DNA from: Poseidonia sp.
Lineage (GTDB): Archaea > Thermoplasmatota > Poseidoniia > Poseidoniales > Poseidoniaceae
Direction: 5' to 3'
Length of the DNA stretch: 64,000 nt
NCBI GenBank assembly: GCA_965661285.1
Contig: CBFIDD010000001.1
Span: 372,852-436,851, forward strand
Shown: positions 40,244 to 49,164 of the stretch, piece by piece
Position numbering within the stretch: the stretch's first letter is position 1
Layout: every line of letters starts with the position of its first letter
Notes under the pieces: model-generated
Seen by the model: the letters and a program-made list of their open reading frames with translations, nothing else
The model's database searches: none
What the model was told of the DNA's origin: nothing
Translations under genes and position numbers: made by a program

Positions 40244-41275
40244 ATGAGTGCTGAATCGCATTACCTCAATGCGCTCCAAGCCCTGGACGAAGGGGACCGA
40301 GACCGTGCAAAAGATGAGGCCAAGAAATCAACCTCGCTCGACCCCGAACACATTGAGGCATGGTCGGTTTATGTCGACGCTTGTTTGCCCTCTACCGGTG
40401 CTGCAGCGTCCATGGCCCAGGCGGCACAGGCCCTCTCTGCGGTCAAGAAGATCATCGCGCTTGACGAGACGAGAATGGACATGTGGGTCCGTGGTGGCCG
40501 GTTGATGGCCGACGACCTCGGTATGCTTCACGACGCCCTTCACTGGTGGCAGGCCTGTCGAGAGGTTGCGCCCCGCGAAGTTACACCTGTGGTTGAAATG
40601 GCGTCAATCCTCGCTGACATGGGTGAATACGACGAGGCGCAAAAGCGACTCCAGTCCATCTTGGACGACAACATGGACGTCGGCATGACGCAATTTCGTA
40701 AAATCAACAGTTTGCTTCAACTTGTTCGGGCTGCGGCTGCTCAACAGCAACAAGACATCTTCAAGCCCTATGAGAAACACCACGACGGATGGGAGGCGAT
40801 CCGGCAAAAAATGCGAAAACCTCCCATGTCGGAGAATTTCATTTTCCTCATCACGGCCGTGCCAATCCTGTTGATCTTGGTCGTGATGCTGCAGGGGATC
40901 GGCCAGCCTTCCATCGCCACGCTTTGCCTAAACACCATTGTGATTTTGATCGTCATCATGGTCTGTATGCGGAATGCAAAACGGTGGTTCCAAATCATCA
41001 ATCGACCGGCGTTTAATCTCCTCCGTGCCATGAATTTTGAAGCCGCAACAGGTTACACCGTCCTCGATGAGGACATTCGAACTTCGGTACTCTACATGTA
41101 CATCATGCAGCGCAAACCCATGTCTTGGCAGGAACGGACGCTGAAAATTATCGACAACGGTGCCTCGCTTCCAAACAACTGGCGACTTCGACTCCCCGAT
41201 TTTGAGTCTCATCTCAGCGAATCTGACATGGAAGTCGACGAAGAACCCTCACTCGAACCCTACGAAGAAGAGTGA
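40244..41275 (+). CDS. TPR-like repeat protein with two TM helices
   Basis: A..LDPEH..AW style helical repeats in the N-half; TM pair FIFLITAVPILLILVVML / TIVILIVIMVC; acidic tail. Confidence 0.8.
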   Translation: MSAESHYLNALQALDEGDRDRAKDEAKKSTSLDPEHIEAWSVYVDACLPSTGAAASMAQAAQALSAVKKIIALDETRMDMWVRGGRLMADDLGMLHDALHWWQACREVAPREVTPVVEMASILADMGEYDEAQKRLQSILDDNMDVGMTQFRKINSLLQLVRAAAAQQQQDIFKPYEKHHDGWEAIRQKMRKPPMSENFIFLITAVPILLILVVMLQGIGQPSIATLCLNTIVILIVIMVCMRNAKRWFQIINRPAFNLLRAMNFEAATGYTVLDEDIRTSVLYMYIMQRKPMSWQERTLKIIDNGASLPNNWRLRLPDFESHLSESDMEVDEEPSLEPYEEE

Positions 41276-41611
41276 AATCCATCACGGCAAGGCGTCCTTG
41301 GATCCATGGTCAAAGCGCACGCCCACATTCCGTACGTTCATCGCCACGAGGCGTCAATGGACATGCAGTAGACCGGAATGCCGGTGAGGCTCATGACCCA
41401 GGAACCTACCTTTGCTCCCCCGCATAGCCTACAGACCTGCCCCTACTTCTTCCACATGACCGTCGAGCCAGCCCTTGCTCCCTCACGTGAAGGAGGAAGG
41501 CCCACAAAGGCTCCATGCCATAACGAAACCGATTTGGTCAAACGATGCGATTGCTACGCACGGTCAGACCCCTCGGGCGCCAGCCGCCACAACGGTCCTC
41601 AAGCGTTCAAT

Positions 41612-44600
41612 CTACTGTTGTGATTGAGCGTATTGAATGGCGTACTGCTGCGCATAGGCTGCCGCTGTTGCGGCATCGTAGCCTTGGCCGACGAACTGCT
41701 GGTAGTACTGTTCGTAAATCGCTTGATCGAAGGCCGCCGCTGCGGGTTGGGCCGCCGCTGCGGGTTGGGCCGCCGCTGCGGGTTGGGCTGCCGCTGCGGG
41801 TTGAGCCTCAGCTCCGCTGACGTATTGCGCTGCGAACGCTCGTGCGGTTTCCTCGGGGTAGCCCTGAGCGATCAACTGCTGCACATACTGTTCGGTGGGG
41901 TCCAGAGCATCGGCGCCGAACGCACCTTCCATACCGCCAAAGGCGTCTTCTTTGTCGCCGCCACGGCGCATGAACATCATGGAGCCCAGGACGATGAGCA
42001 AGAGTACGGCGCCGCCGATGATGAGCATCGTCGAGTCAAGACCGCTGGAGGTTTCTTCACCGCCGTTGTTGGTCTGCGTGTTGTCGGTCCATTCCCCGGT
42101 GGTCGGGTCGTAAGACCAAGCACCGCTCCACTGGCAATCCCCGTTGGCGTCGAGAATGAATTCGCCACCGGCGTCAATCGCTTGCGGGTCGGCTTCCAAG
42201 CCCTGACAGGCTGGAAGGTTCAACTCAATCCATTTGATGGTGACCCATCGCTCGTTGGGGTAGTCACCCTCGTAGTACTTGATGTAGACACGTTGTGAAC
42301 GGGACTCGTTGGAGTACAGATTGCTCATGTCCAAGGTGATGTCAAAGCGGTCGCCATCGCCAAGAGCCGCACTCTTGCCCCAGAGGTTCAAAACGCTCAT
42401 GTTGTACTTCATCACGGAGGAAGCGGAAAAGTTCTCTTCAAAGAACGCTGCCTCAACGTAGACTTCACCGGTTTCTGCACCGGAGAGAACGCTACCGGAG
42501 ATGGTCAACGTATCTTCTTGGAACTTTGAGGCGTTCAACTGAACGTTATCCCATTGAATCGCTGGTTCTTCATCGCCGAACCCTTCAGGTACGATGACGA
42601 AGTACATTCTGTGCTTTTCGGAGAACTTGCCCGCGCTGTCGTAGACGATCAACTCGATGCGAATTTGGTTCTCGGTCGTGCCGGTGCTGTCCACGGTGAC
42701 GTTCTTGAATTTGTACGACCATTCACCACCGCTGGCTGCGGTCTGCGTGAACGTGTGTCCGTCCAAGTCAAAGGAATCGTCGCCATAGGGTGCGTCGAAC
42801 AAGACCTTCCATTCGTAGGTCTCGATACCGTTGCCGTCAAGCGCATCCTGATCGCTGGAGTTGCTGGCATCGAAGTGAATCACCAGCTCTGCGTCGTCGC
42901 CCTCACCTTCAAGGATGATGCGGTGAACATCCCACTCGACGTTGGAAACGGTCTTGGTGCCAATGAACTCAACGTTGTCTTCGTAGTCGGTACGCATGTC
43001 AATGACTGCATCGGCTTCAGGTCGGAATTCGTCAGCGTAGACATCGTTGGTCTCGACGACCACGTCAATGGTTCGAGCGTGGCCGTTGTCGTCATGGAGC
43101 ATCAGTGTGATATGCCACTGTTCACCTTGTGCGCACCCTGTTTGCGAGGCGAGGTCTGCCTTGCAGAACATCATGCTTGGAGCATCTTCGGTGGAGTGTC
43201 CGGTGACACCGCTCGCGAGCGTGGTGCCGTCCCAGTTCGTCGGACCGTCGATGATCCAATCAGCATGCAACGTTTCCGTTGTAGAGGTGGTGTAGCCGAA
43301 GTTCAGCGTGGCATCGCTCTTCATGTAGCGCAGTGCGTACTTGCCGGTGCTCGGGTCGATGCTTGGGACTTCGCCGTTGATGGTCAAATCAAGACCGTTG
43401 CCGAGCGTACCGAAGCCGTCGGGGTACGGGTTGACCTGATACTTCAGGAGGTTGCCCATCAGCGGGAAGGTGGTGCTGTCGGCTCGCTCTGAGTGCGTGG
43501 CAACGTCGATGGTCGAGATGATCATACCACCGGAGAAGTAGCTGCACACACCAAGCACGGTATCCTGAATGTCTTCCGAGGAACGGATGAGGCGCTGGAA
43601 GTACCCGCCGTCCTCCATGTACCCATCACACGTCTCCGGGACATTGTTGGTGCTGACCGACTTGGTGTTGAGGACGGCCTGAGCAACGCCCGAGTTGGCA
43701 TCGAAGCCCTGGAAGGCGTTCACGTCGACGTTGTCCATCACGGGGTGGTAAGGGTCGGCGAGATCCATCGTGTTGTAGGTGACTTGCGTCTCTGCGGTGT
43801 CGCGGCTTTGGATGTCCAAGCCGAACGGCAGGCGTCCAGAGAGACCTTGGTCAACACCGTAGATTTGGCTTCCGAGTGGACCCAAGTGCGCCTGGACGGT
43901 TCCGCCGGCGGACATGAAGTTCTCCAAGACAGTGCGTCGGGCGGGTTCACCGAGTTTCTGGTAGTATCCGTCGCCGCCGAACTGCGTGTCCTTGGCCACC
44001 AAAACCTCCTGCCATGGGAGCACGATCTTGTCGTAGTGGGTGAACCAACCTGCGTCAAAGTACGTGCTCCAGTCGTTGATCTCGTACTGGGTGTAGGTCA
44101 TGCCGAGAAGGGCAAGGTCTTGCTTGATGGCGGTGGTTCGCGACGAGGTGTCCGAGAGGATGGCGATGTCAACATGGTCGGCAAAGCTGGCATGGAAGTA
44201 GCGAACGTTGCCCGTTTCGGTGCCGTCAGCCAATTTTCCGTAAAAACTGATGTTGTAGGTCTTGCCGTCCATCCAACCATTCCATGGCGTAAATGACACC
44301 GAGGTCTTCTGTTGGCTTTGGAGAGTGACCGCTGGTCCCGAGTCAACGATGTGCGCTTGGCTTCCATCGGCCATATCGGTGACTTCCATGTAGAACACGT
44401 AATCTCCGGCGAGCACGCCGTTGGTGGCCTGAATGTCCCACGAGTGCGTCAGGGCACTGTCAATGGGGAGCACGCATTCGAGCGTTTGGTCGTCATGGCA
44501 GGCCAAAATATCGGGCTTTCCAATGGAGATGTCCACCGATTCAACGTTGAAAATCACACGTTCAATGTTGTTCGCTTCTGAAAGTTCGTTATCGTTGTAC

Positions 44601-47600
44601 CACGGCTTGCCGATGGTGGTGTTGTCAAAGATGGTCTGGATGTCCAACCGATAAACGCCGGCAAAGAACTCGTGGCTTGCGATAGTGGTCACGGCGGATT
44701 CCTCTGCATCGACGTTGGTTCGAGAATCCGTGTATACAGCATCCTGGACGAAGGTGTACTCCGAGAGCGAGATGTTGTTGAAACCGACGCCTCTGAAGCC
44801 GTCATTGATGCCGTTGCGGCCATCGTCATCCGATTGGAATTCGAAGTGGACGTCCACGGTGGAGCCTTGCAAGGACATGCATTCTGCTGTCCACTGGCTT
44901 GTATCCTGTGATGAACGGTTCTGGATGTACAAGTGCGTGAGATCAATACTGGTGGTCTTTACCAATTCCTCGGAATTGAAGAACACGTTGTAATTGCCGC
45001 TACCGTCGGTGTTTGCGGGGTCGCCAATGTAGGTGAGCTCCGTGAAGTCAATCGATTCTGTTGCGTTCACGATACCGTTGCCGTCGTCGTCGTTCTGGCA
45101 GGTGCCGTCTTCGTTGTAGTCGTTCCATTGAGCGAACACAAGACCGGTGTAATTCGCACCGTCCTTTGCGTAATCAACGGTCATGGTAGCGTAGTCACTG
45201 GGATCCACATTGCCGCTTTGGTCAATGGTGTAGAAGGTGTCAGCGTAATACTCAAAGTTGAGGGAGACGAAGTCGCCACTCATGCTGGTCAGGTCGATGT
45301 CCGGGATGGTGAGGGTTTCGTTGGCCCAAGCATCGTCATAACCCAAAGTTCCGGTGTCACAGGGGTGGCCGAACCAGTAGGCGTTGTTGTTGAAGATCTT
45401 GGTGGAACAGCTGTTCTCGTTGTAAATCGCACCCTTCGGTTGTTGGTTCTCCTCGTATCGGTAGCCTTGCGTGCCACCCTCAAACGTCTCTTCGCAAACA
45501 GCAGAGGGGGTACCGCAGTACACGTCGGAAGGCGTGGCGGAATAGACCGTCGCTTCGATATCAAAGTCCACTGGCGTGTTTCCGTAGTTATTGGTGACCA
45601 CTGCAATGTCGAAGGTGCCCTCGGCATAAAGACCGCCGGTGTTGAAGTAATCGATGGATTCCACCGTCGGGTCGTAAAGGTTGAACGGCGTGACATAACC
45701 CACGGCGTCATCGTTGATACCTTGCTCGTCCCACGCATTGTTGGAAATGGTGGCTGAAATCCGGTAGGTTGTGTCGTTCAGCAAATTGGCCGAGATGGAC
45801 GTCGTGTATTCCTGCCCGGGTTGAAGGTTGCTGAGCGGACCAATGGTGGTGGATTGCGTCTGTGGGTTGGGGAAGAAGGCTGTGTTCTGTTTCCAGATGG
45901 TTAAATTGTCAACAGCAAAGCCGTCTCGGCCGCTCCAACGGCTTTCGTTGTCATCGGCTGTTGAGCCTTCAAAGCCGGTGCGGAAGCGGAAACGAAGGTC
46001 CACGGTTTCGCCAGCCCATGCGGACAGGTCAAAGGCGCCGAGGTCTTCCTCGGTGAAGTTGTCCCAGCCGTAGTAAGTTCCGGATGCAAACAGGCCGTAA
46101 TAGACGATGTTTTCGGGTGCGGCGCCCCAAGCGTTCTGCTTGAAGCCCCGGTCGTTGTCGAAGCCTCCCCAAATACTGGCGCCAGAAGGACAGGCGCCGT
46201 CAAGAGCGGCCTGTTGCGGACAGCCAATGAGGCTCCATCCGGTTTCTTCACTTCCGACCTCGACGATGGCCAGGTCGTCCCAAACATCGCCGACGATGAA
46301 GCCTGAACCGTCAGAACTGCCCAAGGCACCAAGGCCGAGGTGTCGGAAGAGCTCAACGCTCATGAAGGCACGGTCGGCTCCGGTAAGGTCGACGTCGTTG
46401 AGGGTCATCGCATCGTCCCAATTCTTACCGTAACCGCTCCATTCATCACCTGAACTGTTGGTTTTCATGTTGCCAGCCCACATGAAGTCGGTCGGGTTGA
46501 GGTAGTTTGCAGAGATGTTCTCGTCGTTGTTTCCGCCGCCGGTAGCGCCGGTTGAGTGGTTGGTTTCAAGGTGCCAATTGGTCGCACCGTCCACGAACTC
46601 TTCGAACGTCCACGAACAGCCCGATCCACAGCCGGTCTTGTCCTCCGGAGAATCCCAGTCGTTCGCGTAGACCGTGGTGTTGCTGGAGTTGGCTTCGTCA
46701 ACGATCTTCAGTTCGACATCCAAATCGGCTGTTTGCCCGTTGAGGGTGTCCATGCCTGTGTTGGTTACGGTGACATTGATGTTGCGGGTTCCCTCGCCAA
46801 CAACGCCAAAGAAGCGGTCCGTTGGTGAAATTTCGAGGCCGGTAACAGCCAGGTCCTTGTTGTCCATTTCTACCACGGTGAGGGTGTCGTATTGTCCGGC
46901 CCATCCGAAGTTGTCTCGCCATCCGCCAAAGTTGTAGTTGGTGTGGCCGACAACGAGGTCGGGGGCTGAGCTGCTGCTGCCCTGCAATTGGCCAATAGCG
47001 ACGGCTGAAGGCCGACGACCAGCAGGGTAAGAGAGCGGGCTCACGTGGCCGCCGTTTCCGTCAGAAAGGGTCACTTGGACGGTGGTCGGGAAGTTGAGGA
47101 AGAAACTCGAGGTGCTTCCTCCTGCAGAGTCAGAGGTGTTTTGCTGGAAAGCGATGGTCGGGTTGACAAAGTCGGGCTCGCCATCGCCGTTCAAGTCAGT
47201 AACTTGGATGGTCCACGAGATGTAGGGTCCGAAATAGGCCAACTGCGAGTTTCCAAAGGTTCCCTGAGCGGTGGCTTGCTTGTAGCTCACGTTTTCGAGG
47301 TTGCTGTCCATGACGGCGATGGTGTCAATGTAGCCGCTCCCGCCAACGTCAGCGATGGAAAAATCTTCGGTCAGGTCGACGCCCATGTTGATGATGTGGG
47401 TGTTGGCTTGGTTGGTCCCGTAGGAGTAGGTAGCAGGATAGTTCTGGAGTTGACAGTCGTATTCGATGATGGTGATGTTATCGTCGTTTCCTGGGTTGGT
47501 GGTTTGGCCTGTGGTGTAATCCAAACCTTCGCTACGAAGCAAGAAGATATCATCGTCGGTGCAGGCGCCGGTCAGTCCGCTCTGAGACTCGCCGTAATCG

Positions 47601-48307
47601 CCAACTTCAATCGAGCGGTAGGTGTTTTGTTGCGACGAACCCAAGGTGGTTGGAAGACCGTTGGTGGCTGAGGTGATGGGGCTGCGATAGGTGACAACAC
47701 GCTGTGTGGTAACATCGTTCAGGAGGTCAAGAACATAGATGTCGTCGTTGCCGTCTTGGTCAGCATCACCGACGGTCATGTCCCACACCCAAAAGTGAGT
47801 GTACCGTTCGCCGATGGTCCAATCACGGTTGCCGCAGCCGTCGTTTTGGATGATGGTGACGTTTCCAGGTTCACCCGCTGGTGCGCCCTGGTCATTGGTC
47901 TTGAAGGGGTTGTTTTTCTGATAAATGACGATATCGATGGCGTTGTCTCCAGTGAATTCACCCACTTCCACCTGCTCAACGTTTGCAAACTCGTCCCAGT
48001 CTGCGTTGCGGCTTTGGTTGCCAGCCACCCAAATGTCTTGACGGTCATTGAAATTACCCAAACCGTCGTTGTACAGGATGGTCATGGAGTGCGTCCCGTC
48101 CGTGGCAACAGCCATGTCGTTGTGGCCATCGCAGTCGAAATCGCCAATAGCGACGTCCATCGGGTCGCGGTTCGTGATGTAGGTTCGTGCAACCGAGGCG
48201 CTGGCCGTGGTGGCGAGGGCAGCGGTGGTGCTCAGCACCATCAGCACGGTCAAGAAAATACTACGCATTCGGGCCTTAGAGAGGTCGTTTTGGGTAAACA
48301 TGGACAT
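41612..48307 (-). CDS. Giant (~2230 aa) type I membrane-anchored surface protein: FG-GAP repeats, Ig/PKD-like and jelly-roll-like domains
   Basis: Signal peptide; GDFDCDGHND, GDADQDGNDD, TDLNGDGEPD repeats; FDLSAWAGETVDLRFRF...GFAVDNL; FDASNSSD..IETYEW; C-terminal TM followed by RRGG; start 48307 or 48301. Confidence 0.9.
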   Translation of the reverse strand: MSMFTQNDLSKARMRSIFLTVLMVLSTTAALATTASASVARTYITNRDPMDVAIGDFDCDGHNDMAVATDGTHSMTILYNDGLGNFNDRQDIWVAGNQSRNADWDEFANVEQVEVGEFTGDNAIDIVIYQKNNPFKTNDQGAPAGEPGNVTIIQNDGCGNRDWTIGERYTHFWVWDMTVGDADQDGNDDIYVLDLLNDVTTQRVVTYRSPITSATNGLPTTLGSSQQNTYRSIEVGDYGESQSGLTGACTDDDIFLLRSEGLDYTTGQTTNPGNDDNITIIEYDCQLQNYPATYSYGTNQANTHIINMGVDLTEDFSIADVGGSGYIDTIAVMDSNLENVSYKQATAQGTFGNSQLAYFGPYISWTIQVTDLNGDGEPDFVNPTIAFQQNTSDSAGGSTSSFFLNFPTTVQVTLSDGNGGHVSPLSYPAGRRPSAVAIGQLQGSSSSAPDLVVGHTNYNFGGWRDNFGWAGQYDTLTVVEMDNKDLAVTGLEISPTDRFFGVVGEGTRNINVTVTNTGMDTLNGQTADLDVELKIVDEANSSNTTVYANDWDSPEDKTGCGSGCSWTFEEFVDGATNWHLETNHSTGATGGGNNDENISANYLNPTDFMWAGNMKTNSSGDEWSGYGKNWDDAMTLNDVDLTGADRAFMSVELFRHLGLGALGSSDGSGFIVGDVWDDLAIVEVGSEETGWSLIGCPQQAALDGACPSGASIWGGFDNDRGFKQNAWGAAPENIVYYGLFASGTYYGWDNFTEEDLGAFDLSAWAGETVDLRFRFRTGFEGSTADDNESRWSGRDGFAVDNLTIWKQNTAFFPNPQTQSTTIGPLSNLQPGQEYTTSISANLLNDTTYRISATISNNAWDEQGINDDAVGYVTPFNLYDPTVESIDYFNTGGLYAEGTFDIAVVTNNYGNTPVDFDIEATVYSATPSDVYCGTPSAVCEETFEGGTQGYRYEENQQPKGAIYNENSCSTKIFNNNAYWFGHPCDTGTLGYDDAWANETLTIPDIDLTSMSGDFVSLNFEYYADTFYTIDQSGNVDPSDYATMTVDYAKDGANYTGLVFAQWNDYNEDGTCQNDDDGNGIVNATESIDFTELTYIGDPANTDGSGNYNVFFNSEELVKTTSIDLTHLYIQNRSSQDTSQWTAECMSLQGSTVDVHFEFQSDDDGRNGINDGFRGVGFNNISLSEYTFVQDAVYTDSRTNVDAEESAVTTIASHEFFAGVYRLDIQTIFDNTTIGKPWYNDNELSEANNIERVIFNVESVDISIGKPDILACHDDQTLECVLPIDSALTHSWDIQATNGVLAGDYVFYMEVTDMADGSQAHIVDSGPAVTLQSQQKTSVSFTPWNGWMDGKTYNISFYGKLADGTETGNVRYFHASFADHVDIAILSDTSSRTTAIKQDLALLGMTYTQYEINDWSTYFDAGWFTHYDKIVLPWQEVLVAKDTQFGGDGYYQKLGEPARRTVLENFMSAGGTVQAHLGPLGSQIYGVDQGLSGRLPFGLDIQSRDTAETQVTYNTMDLADPYHPVMDNVDVNAFQGFDANSGVAQAVLNTKSVSTNNVPETCDGYMEDGGYFQRLIRSSEDIQDTVLGVCSYFSGGMIISTIDVATHSERADSTTFPLMGNLLKYQVNPYPDGFGTLGNGLDLTINGEVPSIDPSTGKYALRYMKSDATLNFGYTTSTTETLHADWIIDGPTNWDGTTLASGVTGHSTEDAPSMMFCKADLASQTGCAQGEQWHITLMLHDDNGHARTIDVVVETNDVYADEFRPEADAVIDMRTDYEDNVEFIGTKTVSNVEWDVHRIILEGEGDDAELVIHFDASNSSDQDALDGNGIETYEWKVLFDAPYGDDSFDLDGHTFTQTAASGGEWSYKFKNVTVDSTGTTENQIRIELIVYDSAGKFSEKHRMYFVIVPEGFGDEEPAIQWDNVQLNASKFQEDTLTISGSVLSGAETGEVYVEAAFFEENFSASSVMKYNMSVLNLWGKSAALGDGDRFDITLDMSNLYSNESRSQRVYIKYYEGDYPNERWVTIKWIELNLPACQGLEADPQAIDAGGEFILDANGDCQWSGAWSYDPTTGEWTDNTQTNNGGEETSSGLDSTMLIIGGAVLLLIVLGSMMFMRRGGDKEDAFGGMEGAFGADALDPTEQYVQQLIAQGYPEETARAFAAQYVSGAEAQPAAAAQPAAAAQPAAAAQPAAAAFDQAIYEQYYQQFVGQGYDAATAAAYAQQYAIQYAQSQQ
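41732..41803 (-). repeat. 18-bp tandem repeat x4 encoding QPAAAA
   Basis: GGCCGCCGCTGCGGGTTG three exact copies plus one copy with a single mismatch. Confidence 0.95.
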
Positions 48308-48334
48308 CACTTGGTCATCGGATGGCCTGTTCGG

Positions 48335-48340
48335 ATATAA
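48335..48340 (-). promoter_or_regulatory. Putative TATA box of the giant surface protein gene
   Basis: TTATAT on the minus strand about 28-33 nt upstream of the ATG at 48307. Confidence 0.5.
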
Positions 48341-48441
48341 TGCCTTTGTACTCAAGTTCCCCGAGACCATGGGCGCAAGCCCTCGTTTTTGTTCAAAATC
48401 GCCCGGATTTTCTCCCGCTGAATTTAGGCCGGATAGCCCTG

Positions 48442-49164
48442 TTAAAATCGTCCAGCAAGCCACTTCGGCGAAGGACCCCAACCGGTGGCGTCACCGCCGT
48501 GGATTTTGACGAGTTTACCAGCAGAAAACAGGGATTCCAACCAAACATCGAGCGTCGTTCCTTCCCTGCCCCCGAGTTTTTTGCTGGCGATTTCCTCGAT
48601 GTCCTCGGTGCGCAATCCGGTGATGCCGTGATCGCGAACGACCAATTGAAGCAATTCCCTCAACCACGCCTCGGCCATCGGATCAACGCTGGTTGAACCT
48701 TGAACCGGGTGAGGCGGGTCCATGTCGTCAAGGAGTTCCATCAACTCAATGACATCGGGACGTTCGGCGGGAGCCATGCCCGCTTGGTCCAGTTTCTCTT
48801 GAAGATTCAATTCGCCGATGGGGCGACGAACGACAGGGATGCGACTCGGGTCTGGCTCAGGACCCATGTCCGCCGGCCGAGAGGATTCTGGAGCGTCCTC
48901 CATTTCGATGTTGATGCCGGATTGTTGCCGTTCAACACTGACCTTTGACAAGTTGCTGGCTTGCACCTCCGTCCCCGTCGGCATGGTCCATCCAACACCG
49001 GTCAGCCCCAAGTCTTCAACATGTTTCTGAACCCATCCAGCCTCGCCTTCAATGACGATGTTAAGGTCGTGGTCGTCCGCCCGGAAACGGTATCGAACGT
49101 TCCCACGAAACTGACGCATCAAACCGGCCTGCGAGTCGTTAGATTTTGAATCTGCTGGATTCAT
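48442..49164 (-). CDS. Hypothetical protein (possible C-terminal winged helix)
   Basis: 240-aa ORF with ATGA overlap to the acnA stop; C-terminal helices followed by LFSAGKLVKIHGG...W. Confidence 0.75.
   Translation of the reverse strand: MNPADSKSNDSQAGLMRQFRGNVRYRFRADDHDLNIVIEGEAGWVQKHVEDLGLTGVGWTMPTGTEVQASNLSKVSVERQQSGINIEMEDAPESSRPADMGPEPDPSRIPVVRRPIGELNLQEKLDQAGMAPAERPDVIELMELLDDMDPPHPVQGSTSVDPMAEAWLRELLQLVVRDHGITGLRTEDIEEIASKKLGGREGTTLDVWLESLFSAGKLVKIHGGDATGWGPSPKWLAGRF

Noticed and set aside
41440-41500. GGGAGCAAG on the minus strand resembling SRP RNA helix 8
   Set aside because: The partner CAGG strand and GGAA loop are missing, and no RNase P GAGGAAAGUCC motif is seen, so no specific ncRNA was called.
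48308-48481. N-terminal extension of the 2289-aa ORF
   Set aside because: It overlaps the upstream gene, and a TATA-like box plus the signal peptide favour a start at 48307 or 48301.
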